Positions 29,531-37,703 of a DNA stretch of 64,000 nucleotides are shown here, in pieces. The translations under genes were made by a program, and so were the position numbers. The notes beneath the pieces are model-generated. The model made no database searches and had not been told where the DNA came from. It worked only from the letters and a program-made list of their open reading frames with translations. Position 1 is the stretch's first letter, and the number at the start of each line of letters is the position of its first letter. The stretch spans positions 1,671 through 65,670 of the forward strand of contig JAZLIW010000149.1 in NCBI GenBank assembly GCA_045617585.1. Direction: 5' to 3'. Source of the DNA: Eubacteriales bacterium (GTDB lineage: Bacteria; Bacillota; Clostridia; Oscillospirales; CAG-272).

Positions 29531-30509
29531 AATCAAAATATCGGTCGATCGCGTCGGCGATCCCGTTCGCGGCGTTTGACCGGAAGGAGTCCTCCGCCAT
29601 TTTACGGTCGTCCGACTCGTTTGACATAAAGCCCATTTCCACGATCGTTGCCGGGATTGTACACCAGTTGATGCCGGTCATGGTATCGGTCTCGGAAACG
29701 TACAGGGCTTTCATTCCGGTCGCCCGGCAGAAGGAATCAAGGACGAGCTCGCTGAGCCGGCGCGCTTCTTCGTACCCTTCTCCGTTATATGGGTTCCTGC
29801 GGGTCTGGCACATGGTAAGAGCGCCGTTCACCGACGGATCGGCGGCACCGTTTGCGTGGATCCGGATCAGGGCTTCCGCGCCGTTTTCCGAGGCAAGGAC
29901 CGCACGCTCGGCGTTGCTGATCGAAACCGACCCCGTTTCACGGATCATCAGAACGGAATACCCGCGGGACAGAAGAGCGTCACGCAGGAGAAGCGCGACC
30001 GAAAGATTCAGCTCGTGCTCCGGGATCCCGGAAAAAGCGCCCTGCGTCCCGGAGGTCGCCTTTGCCTTCATCACATCAGAGCCCGGTGCGTTCGGCTCCG
30101 TGTCGTTCATGGAATGGTCCTGATGGCCGGGATCGATCGCGATCAGAAGCCTTCCCTTTTCTCCGGCCTGCCGGTAAAGGATTCCCGTCCCCGGGACGGG
30201 ACCGATCTCCGACACCGTCGGTCCGGTCGGCGCTTCCGTTTCGGGAAACGTTTCCGATTCCGTTTCCTGCTCCGTCTGAGGCTCAGTTACGGAATCAGTA
30301 ACCGGCTTCGTTTCGGATTCCGTCAGAGGCTCCGTTTCCGGTTCCGTATCATCGTCGGGATAGGACGGAGGAGGAAGGGCACTGTCGTTTCCGTCCGGTA
30401 CGACCGTCGAAACCGGTTCGGAAGGCATGGGATACGTTCCGCGAAAGACGCAGGACGGCAATATGATACAAAGCAGAAGAATGACCGCGATCAGAAGATT
30501 TCTATTCAT
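29529..30509 (-). CDS. N-acetylmuramoyl-L-alanine amidase (Amidase_3), exported, with a T/E/P-rich linker
   Basis: Signal/anchor helix, about 60 aa of TEPETEPLTESETKPVTDSVTEPQTE linker, then an Amidase_3 core (IAIDPGHQ ... IRIHAN ... EMGFMSN). Confidence 0.85.
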   Translation of the reverse strand: MNRNLLIAVILLLCIILPSCVFRGTYPMPSEPVSTVVPDGNDSALPPPSYPDDDTEPETEPLTESETKPVTDSVTEPQTEQETESETFPETEAPTGPTVSEIGPVPGTGILYRQAGEKGRLLIAIDPGHQDHSMNDTEPNAPGSDVMKAKATSGTQGAFSGIPEHELNLSVALLLRDALLSRGYSVLMIRETGSVSISNAERAVLASENGAEALIRIHANGAADPSVNGALTMCQTRRNPYNGEGYEEARRLSELVLDSFCRATGMKALYVSETDTMTGINWCTIPATIVEMGFMSNESDDRKMAEDSFRSNAANGIADAIDRYFD

Positions 30510-30526
30510 AGCCCTTACCGTTTGCA

Positions 30527-30553
30527 GAAAAAAAGACTTGCCGAGGCAAGTCC
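30527..30553 (-). terminator. Terminator of tRNA-Gly
   Basis: On the minus strand, GACTTGCC / GGCAAGTC stem followed by TTTTTTTC. Confidence 0.65.
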
Positions 30554-30558
30554 TTTGA

Positions 30559-30632
<74 letters not shown>

Positions 30633-30648
30633 GTATCGAACGGTTTAT

Positions 30649-30677
30649 ATTATAGCAGAACGGATAGGAAAAGTCAA
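30649..30677 (-). promoter_or_regulatory. Sigma-A-type promoter of tRNA-Gly
   Basis: On the minus strand, TTGACT, 17-nt spacer, TGc-TATAAT. Confidence 0.65.
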
Positions 30678-30877
30678 GGCTTTTTCTAAAAAAGTTTTTT
30701 CCGATTTCACGCCGTTTTTTTATGCGATTTATTATCGTGGTGCCGCGGAGAACGGCAACAGCCCGGAGGCGCGGTACTTTCTTTTGACAAAATCACAAAA
30801 AATAATTGACAAAAAGTTGATAATATGATAAGATGAGAGAAGAAATTCAATTCCGCTGCGCGGAGAAAGGAAAAAAC

Positions 30878-31255
30878 ATGGGAAAATTTGTTATTCGCAC
30901 CGTTAAGACCGGTACCAAGTTCAACCTCAAGGCCGGAAACGGCGAAGTCATCGCTACCTCCGAGATCTACAAGACGCTCACCTCCTGCAAAAACGGGATT
31001 GCCAGCGTCGCAAAGAACGCGCCGATCGCGAACTTTGAGGATCAGACCGAGGAAGGCTACGCTGTCGCCAAGAACCCGAAGTTTGAGGTATATACCGACA
31101 AGGCCGGTGAATTCCGCTTCCGTCTGAAGGCCCGCAACGGTGAAATCATTGCCGTTTCCGAAGGCTACAAGACCAAGGCCAGCTGCCTCAACGGCGTTGA
31201 GAGCGTCCGCAAGAACGCGGTCGATGCTCCCGTCGTCATGGAAGAAGCAAAATAA
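30878..31255 (+). CDS. YegP family (DUF1508, UPF0339) protein with two repeats
   Basis: Two copies of the F.L.A.NGE.IA.SE.Y....C.NGI.SV..NA repeat. GGAAAAAAC-ATG start. Confidence 0.85.
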   Translation: MGKFVIRTVKTGTKFNLKAGNGEVIATSEIYKTLTSCKNGIASVAKNAPIANFEDQTEEGYAVAKNPKFEVYTDKAGEFRFRLKARNGEIIAVSEGYKTKASCLNGVESVRKNAVDAPVVMEEAK

Positions 31256-31263
31256 TTCCGTTA

Positions 31264-31299
31264 AAAAGAACTGCCGCTTTGCAGCCGCAGTTCTTTTTC
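31264..31299 (+). terminator. Rho-independent terminator after the yegP-like gene
   Basis: AGAACTGC / GCAGTTCT stem followed by TTTTCT. It abuts the next ATG. Confidence 0.65.
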
Positions 31300-31300
31300 T

Positions 31301-31957
31301 ATGAAACTTATGGAACTGAAAAGCAAAAAGATCGTATTTCTCGGCGACAGCATTACCGCGGGGCACGGCGTCTCCTCTCCTGCAGCCCGTTTCCCCGACC
31401 TGATGGAAAAATACGAGGGGATCCGCGCCGTCAATCTCGGCATCGGCGGAACACGCATCGCGATCCAGCCCGGTGACACGGAAAGGAACGACAAGGATTA
31501 CTGCTCCCGCATCGGTGCGATCGACCCGGACGCGGACGTCATCGTCATCTTCGGCGGAACGAACGACTTCGGTCACGGATTCGCCCCCATCGGAACCCCG
31601 GAGGACCGGACGCCGGACACGTTCTGCGGTGCGCTCCATTTTCTGTATTCCGGGATCCTTGCCGCATATCCGGACGCCGTCACGGTCGTCATGACGCCCC
31701 TTCACAGATCGAACGAAAGCGATCCTCACGGCGACTGCAAGCCGGACGGTTACCTTCCGCTCTCCGGCTACGTATCCCTGATCAAAAAAACGGCGGAATA
31801 CTATTCCCTCCCGGTTCTTGACCTCTGGTCGGTCTCCGGGATGCAGCCGGGCGTTCCCGCGATCAGGGAAAAATTTCTCCCCGACGGTCTCCACCCGAAC
31901 GATCTCGGGCACGAGCGGATCGCGCGCCTCCTCACGGCATTCCTGAAATCACTGTAA
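31301..31957 (+). CDS. SGNH/GDSL hydrolase family protein
   Basis: Block I FLGDSITAG, block III GGTND, block V DGLHPN. The start is uncertain (31301 or 31310) and no Shine-Dalgarno sequence is visible, because the terminator T-run ends at 31299. Confidence 0.78.
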   Translation: MKLMELKSKKIVFLGDSITAGHGVSSPAARFPDLMEKYEGIRAVNLGIGGTRIAIQPGDTERNDKDYCSRIGAIDPDADVIVIFGGTNDFGHGFAPIGTPEDRTPDTFCGALHFLYSGILAAYPDAVTVVMTPLHRSNESDPHGDCKPDGYLPLSGYVSLIKKTAEYYSLPVLDLWSVSGMQPGVPAIREKFLPDGLHPNDLGHERIARLLTAFLKSL

Positions 31958-31969
31958 CGGAATCAGATC

Positions 31970-32018
31970 AAAAAACGACCGCTGCCGCGGAAAGTCCCCG
32001 CTGCGGCGGTCGTCTGTT
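31970..32018. terminator. Long imperfect hairpin between convergent genes, with the better T-run for the minus strand
   Basis: ACGACCGCTGCCGCGG / CCGCTGCGGCGGTCGT (16 positions, one mismatch), flanked by AAAAAA on the plus strand. Confidence 0.55.
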
Positions 32019-32027
32019 CATATCTTT

Positions 32028-33152
32028 TCAGCACCGGAAAAATGCTTCTCCGAGAACGTACGCGATCTTTTCCCATACCGACTGCATTTCCCGCAACGCG
32101 TCGTTTCTCTGTCCCTCCGTCATCATCGGCAGTGCGCGCTCGAAGCGGCCAGCGGCTGCCCGGAACGAAACGGGATCGCGGCGGATCAGCGCGTGATACG
32201 CAGACTCCGCAAGCGCGACCGAAGGATTGCCGTTCTGCCCGAACGCAAGAAACAGATCGGAAAAGCGCGGATCCGAAAATCTTCGCGGATCATAGTCCGC
32301 TTCTTCATAAGAAGTCAGAAGCAATGCGGTCATCAGATCCGCTTCCGCCTGAAGACGGTGCAGCGGGATCGTGTCCGGAAGACCGATCGCGTAATCCATG
32401 ATCCCGATCATTCCCTCCCGGTCACCGATGCTTCCGGCATATTCCCCGCAATTGAGCAGGACTCCGATCATCTGCGGCTCGTTCAGCGTCTCGGGCGGAG
32501 GAAGAAGGAACCATTCCCGCGGCATATCGGAAAGGGAGATCCCGTTTTCCGACGCCTCATTGATCCGCAGCTGCAACTCGACCGCGCGTGCCGCCGCGGG
32601 ATTAGCCCGGATCCGGCGCGCGTTTTCCCCGTCGTTCGGGATCCCGCCCGGAGACAGAGGGATCGCGTTCAGGAGAAAGGAGATCAGAAACATCCCTGCA
32701 AAGAGGCAGGAGAGAGCGTAAGCCGTCGCGTCGGACGAAAGCACCGCCGCGGCGATCAGCAGGACCGCCGAGATCAGATCCGCCGCGGGACCGCCGAGAA
32801 GGTAAAGAATAACGTTCTGCTTTTTATCCTCCCTCGGTGCCATCAGGCACTGGCCGCTTGTCCCCGCCAGTTTTCTTTTTCCGAGCTTCAGTTTTCCGCG
32901 GCACCGGTAAAGGATCACGGAGCCGATACGGAAGGATACGAACCGGTATCCGCCGATCCACCCGGCGATCATGTGTCCTGCCTCGTGGACAGCGCCGAAG
33001 AAGAAAAGACCGACGGCAACGCAAAGGAGAAAAACGGCGAGCCGCACCGACAGCCAGATCCCGGGCGGAATGAGCACCAGCAGGACCAGTCCGAGAACGA
33101 CGCCGGTAAGGAACATGACAACAAGCCAGGCGGCGGGAGAGAGCTTTTTCAT
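32028..33152 (-). CDS. Site-2-protease-like (M50 family) membrane metallopeptidase with a C-terminal helical domain
   Basis: HEAGH within a TM helix and NAIPLSPGGIPNDG (an NxxPxxxxDG-like second motif). The start could instead be 33191. Confidence 0.6.
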   Translation of the reverse strand: MKKLSPAAWLVVMFLTGVVLGLVLLVLIPPGIWLSVRLAVFLLCVAVGLFFFGAVHEAGHMIAGWIGGYRFVSFRIGSVILYRCRGKLKLGKRKLAGTSGQCLMAPREDKKQNVILYLLGGPAADLISAVLLIAAAVLSSDATAYALSCLFAGMFLISFLLNAIPLSPGGIPNDGENARRIRANPAAARAVELQLRINEASENGISLSDMPREWFLLPPPETLNEPQMIGVLLNCGEYAGSIGDREGMIGIMDYAIGLPDTIPLHRLQAEADLMTALLLTSYEEADYDPRRFSDPRFSDLFLAFGQNGNPSVALAESAYHALIRRDPVSFRAAAGRFERALPMMTEGQRNDALREMQSVWEKIAYVLGEAFFRC

Positions 33153-33157
33153 GTCCG

Positions 33158-33997
33158 TCAGGAAAGCATGGAAATCAGGTCCGGAATACACTCCTCAAAA
33201 TTCACGCCGTATTTCCGGTCGGTCCCTTCCGCTGCGGTCCTGCGGATCGCGGCAAGCGTATAATCAACCGCGATGCGGATCGAATCCCCGAGGTCCTTCC
33301 CTTTCAGGCGTGCGGCAAGCAGCGCGCTGCCGAAGATGTCGCCCGTCCCGTGGTAATATCCTTCCACTCTTTCGGAGGCGTATTCGTACATGACGCCCGT
33401 CTCACGGTCGTATGCCGCGGCGCCGAGCTTTCCTTCCTCAAAGGAAACGCCTGTCAGTACCGCTTCACGGGGTCCGAGTCCGGTCAGCTTCTTCAGGACG
33501 GAAAGAACGGTTTCCCGGTCACAGTTTTCACCGGGATACGGGATGCCGAGAAGCAGGGACGCCTCGGTCATATTCGGAACGACGATATCCGCCTTTTCGA
33601 CGAGACGGCGCATCCCGGCGGGAAAATCCGCACCGAACGCCGCGTACAGCTTTCCGTTATCCGCCATCACGGGATCGACCATCACAACGGTATTTTCCCG
33701 GCGGAAGCGATCGATCAGCCCGGAAACGAGCTCCAACTGTTCAAACGAACCGAGGTAGCCCGTATAGACGGAATCGACGCGGAGATTGAGAGAAGCCCAG
33801 TGATCGAGGATGGGCGAAATATCCTCCGTCAGATCGCGGAAGGTATAGCCGGTAAAGCCGCCGGTATGAGTCGAAAGAACGGCGGTCGGCAGGACGGACG
33901 TTTCTAGTCCGGCAGCGGAAAGGATCGGAAGCGCTACGGTCAGGGAGCACTTTCCGACGCAGGAGATATCGTGAACGGCAAGTACGCGTTTCTGCAT
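33158..33997 (-). CDS. pdxK: Pyridoxamine/pyridoxal kinase
   Basis: 279 aa from MQKRVLAVHDISCVGKCSL. Ribokinase-fold PdxK/PdxY pattern with a C-terminal GTGD motif. The 180-codon upstream extension in the ORF track was rejected. Confidence 0.85.
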   Translation of the reverse strand: MQKRVLAVHDISCVGKCSLTVALPILSAAGLETSVLPTAVLSTHTGGFTGYTFRDLTEDISPILDHWASLNLRVDSVYTGYLGSFEQLELVSGLIDRFRRENTVVMVDPVMADNGKLYAAFGADFPAGMRRLVEKADIVVPNMTEASLLLGIPYPGENCDRETVLSVLKKLTGLGPREAVLTGVSFEEGKLGAAAYDRETGVMYEYASERVEGYYHGTGDIFGSALLAARLKGKDLGDSIRIAVDYTLAAIRRTAAEGTDRKYGVNFEECIPDLISMLS

Positions 33998-34099
33998 GGA
34001 TTCAGCCTCGTTATATATCAAATTTTGGTTCAGTTTATCATAGAAATACGGCAAGTTCTCGTTATTCTCGTAAAAAGTTTGTGAATACGTCACGCACGT

Positions 34100-34128
34100 T
34101 TGCAATTTTCCCCGATCCGTGGTATAAT
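34100..34128 (+). promoter_or_regulatory. Sigma-A-type promoter for the rsuA-like gene
   Basis: TTGCAA, 17-nt spacer, TGg-TATAAT. Confidence 0.6.
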
Positions 34129-34180
34129 GTACCAGTCTGACGATACTGAAGAGAAAAGAGGCGGTCTTTCCTTGGCGAAC

Positions 34181-34933
34181 ATGCGTCTTGACAAATTTCT
34201 GTCTTCCACCGGTCTCGTTTCCAGAAAAGAAGCGGCCCTGCTCGTGAAAAAGGGCGCGGTCACGGTCGACGGCGTCTCCGTCGGGAAAGCGGATCTTCAC
34301 GTCGATCCCGAAACGCAGCGGATCGCGCTGAACGGCGAGCAGATCGGTTACCGTGACCACGTCTACCTGATGATGAACAAACCGGAGGGTTACGTCAGTG
34401 CCACGGATGACCCGGGACCGTACGTCGTATCCCTTCTTCCGCCGCAGCTGCAGAAGATCGGCGTCTTTCCCTGCGGCCGTCTGGACAAGAACACGGTCGG
34501 GTTCCTGCTTCTGACGGACGACGGCGTTCTGTCTCATAGGCTGCTTTCACCGGCGCGTCACGTCGATAAGGAATACCTCGTGAACGTAAAGTTCCCGCTC
34601 TCCGAAATCGACAGAACGGCGCTGGAAAACGGAGTCCTTCTGGAGACGGGGATCCGTACGCTTCCCTGCATGGTCAGACTGACCGGGGAAAAAGAAGCAC
34701 TGATCACGATCCGGGAAGGAAAATATCACCAGATCAAGCTGATGATGAAGGCGGTACACAATCAGGTCGTCCGTCTCGAGCGCACGGCGTTTGCCGGTCT
34801 GCGGCTCGACCCCGGGATGGAACGGGGACAGTACCGGGAGCTGACGGCGGACGAGATCGCACACCTGAAGCAGTGCGCGGAAGCGGGGGATCAGAACAGG
34901 ATCTCCGCAAACTCCACGGACGGAGAGGAATGA
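34181..34933 (+). CDS. rsuA: 16S rRNA pseudouridine synthase, RsuA/RluB family
   Basis: N-terminal S4 domain (MRLDKFLSSTGLVSRKEA) and catalytic GRLDKNTVG motif. Confidence 0.85.
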   Translation: MRLDKFLSSTGLVSRKEAALLVKKGAVTVDGVSVGKADLHVDPETQRIALNGEQIGYRDHVYLMMNKPEGYVSATDDPGPYVVSLLPPQLQKIGVFPCGRLDKNTVGFLLLTDDGVLSHRLLSPARHVDKEYLVNVKFPLSEIDRTALENGVLLETGIRTLPCMVRLTGEKEALITIREGKYHQIKLMMKAVHNQVVRLERTAFAGLRLDPGMERGQYRELTADEIAHLKQCAEAGDQNRISANSTDGEE

Positions 34934-35397
34934 TCTTTTCTTTCCGCATTTTCCGCCGCGGGCGCTTCACTTGCAGCCGTTTCCGCCGCGGCACGCACGG
35001 CACCGTACGGGTCGGGATTCTTCCTGACGCCGAATTCCTTCTCGAGAAGAGAAACGGCACGTTTCTGTTCCCTTGACAGCGGATGTGACGCGTGATATAT
35101 TTCCCACGCCTCCCGGTCTTTACAGGAAATCAGAAACAAAAGGGCGTACAGATCCCCGACGGAAACGAGAAGAGACAGAAACCCCCGCAGGGATCTTGCA
35201 ACGCGGGTCATCCGGTCCGGTTCGTCTCTCCTCATGAAAAACACGGATTCCCTCATTCCTTTCAGACAGAAAAGCACAAGACTCCCGTTGCCGCAGACCG
35301 TTCTGCCCCCTTCGGGCAGCGGGACTTGCGGGATCCTTCCGAAGCCGATAGGATACAGTTCCGATGACAAGCGGTCCAGACGTTCCTGATAAGTCAT
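34891..35397 (-). CDS. Hypothetical protein (168 aa)
   Basis: The ORF was trimmed to MTYQERL, which has a GGAAAGGAGAGG RBS. Its 3' end overlaps rsuA by 43 nt. I recognise no family. Confidence 0.4.
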   Translation of the reverse strand: MTYQERLDRLSSELYPIGFGRIPQVPLPEGGRTVCGNGSLVLFCLKGMRESVFFMRRDEPDRMTRVARSLRGFLSLLVSVGDLYALLFLISCKDREAWEIYHASHPLSREQKRAVSLLEKEFGVRKNPDPYGAVRAAAETAASEAPAAENAERKDHSSPSVEFAEILF

Positions 35398-35420
35398 AAG
35401 CCTCTCCTTTCCGCTCCGGC

Positions 35421-35449
35421 TTGACAGAGTGAAAACGATTTGATATAAT
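35421..35449 (+). promoter_or_regulatory. Sigma-A-type promoter for the ynbB-like gene
   Basis: TTGACA, 17-nt spacer, TGa-TATAAT. Confidence 0.65.
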
Positions 35450-35478
35450 GACACAAAAAGTAACGGGGTAACAAGATC

Positions 35479-36768
35479 ATGACAGATAACGCAGCCATGT
35501 ACGAAAAACTCGGGATCTCGAAAACGGTTTTCGACTTTTCCGAAACGGTCCTTTCCGATCTCCGCGCGCGTTTTGACGAGATTGACCGCGTCGCGGAATA
35601 CAATCAGGGCAAGGTCATCGCCGCCATGCAGAAGAACCGCGTCAACGCCTCCCATTTTGCCGCAACGACCGGATACGGCTACGACGATATGGGCAGAGAC
35701 AATCTGGAGCGCGTCTACGCGGATACCTTCCACACCGAGGCGGCGCTCGTCCGTCCGCAGATCACCTGTGGGACGCACGCCCTCACCGTTGCCCTCTCCG
35801 CCAACCTTCTGCCCGGCGACGAGCTTCTTTCACCCGTCGGCAGACCCTACGATACGCTTGAGGAAGTCATCGGGATCCGTCCCTCCCCCTGCTCTCTGAG
35901 GGAATACGGCGTATCCTACGCGCAGGTCGATCTGCTCCCCGACGGAACGTTCGACTACGAGGGGATCCGCCGCGCGATCAACGAAAAGACGAAGCTCGTG
36001 ACCATCCAGCGCTCCAAAGGGTACGCCACGAGACCCACCTTTTCGGTCACGCAGATCGGGGAACTGATCCGCTTCGTCAAAACGGTCAAGCCCGGTCTCA
36101 AGGTCATGGTCGACAACTGCTACGGGGAATTCGTGGAGACGATCGAGCCCTCCGATCTCGGCGCGGATATGATCGTCGGGTCCCTGATCAAAAACCCGGG
36201 CGGCGGCCTCGCTCCGATCGGCGGATATATCTGCGGCACGGAGGAATGCGTTTCCCGCTGCGCGTTCCGGCTCAGCGCACCCGGTCTCGGTCAGGAGGTA
36301 GGCGCCAATCTCGGCCTCATGCCCGCCTTCTATCAGGGCTTTTTCCTCGCACCGACCGTCGTCGCGTCCGCGCTCAAGGGCGCCGTCTTTGCGGCAAACT
36401 GCTATGAAAAGCTCGGTTTCCGCGTGATCCCGAACGGCAGCGAAAGCAGGCACGATATCATCCAGGCAGTCGAGCTCGGTTCCGAGGAAGCGATGTGCGC
36501 CTTCTGCAAAGGGATCCAGAGCGCCGCGCCGGTCGACAGCTACGTCACCCCGATCCCGAGCCCGATGCCCGGCTACGACGCCAAAGTCATCATGGCGGCA
36601 GGTGCCTTCGTTCAGGGCTCCTCCATCGAGCTGTCCGCGGACGGACCGATCCGCCCGCCCTACGCGGTCTATTTCCAGGGGGGTCTCACCTGGTATCACG
36701 CAAAGTTCGGTATCATGATGTCTCTTCAGAAAATGTACGAGGAAGGATTGCTCCGGGGAAAACTGTGA
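35479..36768 (+). CDS. Methionine gamma-lyase family protein (YnbB / aluminium-resistance-type PLP enzyme)
   Basis: 429 aa. N-terminal TTGYGYDDMGRDNLERVYADTFHTEAALVRPQITCGTHAL is characteristic of this family. Confidence 0.85.
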   Translation: MTDNAAMYEKLGISKTVFDFSETVLSDLRARFDEIDRVAEYNQGKVIAAMQKNRVNASHFAATTGYGYDDMGRDNLERVYADTFHTEAALVRPQITCGTHALTVALSANLLPGDELLSPVGRPYDTLEEVIGIRPSPCSLREYGVSYAQVDLLPDGTFDYEGIRRAINEKTKLVTIQRSKGYATRPTFSVTQIGELIRFVKTVKPGLKVMVDNCYGEFVETIEPSDLGADMIVGSLIKNPGGGLAPIGGYICGTEECVSRCAFRLSAPGLGQEVGANLGLMPAFYQGFFLAPTVVASALKGAVFAANCYEKLGFRVIPNGSESRHDIIQAVELGSEEAMCAFCKGIQSAAPVDSYVTPIPSPMPGYDAKVIMAAGAFVQGSSIELSADGPIRPPYAVYFQGGLTWYHAKFGIMMSLQKMYEEGLLRGKL

Positions 36769-36796
36769 TCTCCGGCGTGCTCTTTCGTTCCGTTCC

Positions 36797-36832
36797 GGGG
36801 CTGCTGCACTAACGTGCAACAGCCCCGTTTTC
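36797..36832 (+). terminator. Rho-independent terminator
   Basis: GGGGCTGCTGCAC / GTGCAACAGCCCC (12 of 13 bp) followed by GTTTTCG. Confidence 0.7.
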
Positions 36833-36916
36833 GTAACGTAATACCATTGTAACAGAAAAAACGGCGAAAATCAACAAGGAAAACGATTATTATTCATAAA
36901 TGGAAAACAATTGGAA

Positions 36917-36946
36917 TTGATTTATTCATGAATAAAACGTTATAAT
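36917..36946 (+). promoter_or_regulatory. Sigma-A-type promoter with an embedded palindromic operator candidate
   Basis: TTGATT, 18-nt spacer, TATAAT. The spacer contains the perfect 14-bp palindrome TTATTCATGAATAA (36922-36935). Confidence 0.5.
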
Positions 36947-36988
36947 ATAGTTCGGAGTTTTCAGTGAATCGAAACGAGGATCACGGAT

Positions 36989-37681
36989 ATGACGAAAACG
37001 GAACGTTTTCTCGATCTCTATAAAACGCTTGAACAGATCGCGATCACCGAATACGATCTTCCCGCGGACGGGACCTCCGTTTCCCGTCTGGAAAAAATGA
37101 AGGAGTTCAAGCCCCTTGCTTCGGAGCTGCGCTATTGCAGAGAGGTGCGCTCACTGCTTCAGCACAAGCCGCAGATCAACGGGGAATACGCCGTTACGCC
37201 GAGCAGCGGAATGATCACGCTTCTCGAAACCGTGATCGGAAAGATCCGGGAGCCGAAGCGCTGCATCGACGTCTGCACGCCGATTTCAGAGATCCTGTCC
37301 GCCGATCCCGACGACAGTCTCCTTCCGGTCATGAAGCAGATGGCAGGCAGAGGGATCTCCGGCGTTCCGATCCTGCATAACGGAAGGGCCGTCGGCATCC
37401 TCAGCGAAAACGCGATCCTACGCTATCAGGCGAAGTCGGGTGAGCTCGCCGGCGAAAAGACGCTGGTACGGGACCTGGAAACGTTCACTTCCCTTTCCGC
37501 GGTCGGAAAGAAATATCAGTTCATGAAAGCCTCGGATCCGTCCTCTGCCGCGATCTCGCTGATCACCTCGCGCTTCCGTAAGGGAGAACGGCTTGCGATG
37601 ATCCTCTTAACGGAAGACGGAACGAAAAACGACAGACTGCTCGGTATCCTGACACCGTGGGACGTCATGGGAAACGAATAA
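36989..37681 (+). CDS. CBS-pair domain protein with an N-terminal helical domain carrying an Rx4H motif
   Basis: The C-terminal two-thirds shows two CBS repeats (GISGVPILHNGRAVGILSENAILRY ... LLGILTPWDVM). The N-terminal region of about 90 aa contains YCREVRSLLQH. Confidence 0.7.
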   Translation: MTKTERFLDLYKTLEQIAITEYDLPADGTSVSRLEKMKEFKPLASELRYCREVRSLLQHKPQINGEYAVTPSSGMITLLETVIGKIREPKRCIDVCTPISEILSADPDDSLLPVMKQMAGRGISGVPILHNGRAVGILSENAILRYQAKSGELAGEKTLVRDLETFTSLSAVGKKYQFMKASDPSSAAISLITSRFRKGERLAMILLTEDGTKNDRLLGILTPWDVMGNE

Positions 37682-37703
37682 CAAACCACAAGGAGAAGAA
37701 CGA

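Noticed and set aside
30707-31912. 401-aa minus-strand ORF spanning the yegP-like and SGNH genes.
   Set aside because: The plus strand carries two well-supported genes, with DUF1508 repeats and GDSL blocks I/III/V, and a terminator between them. The minus-strand product has no features.
33998-34537. 180-codon N-terminal extension of the pdxK ORF (track ORF 33158-34537).
   Set aside because: The extension runs antisense into the rsuA gene and its promoter, and it has junk composition. The kinase homology begins at MQKRVLAVHD (start at 33997).
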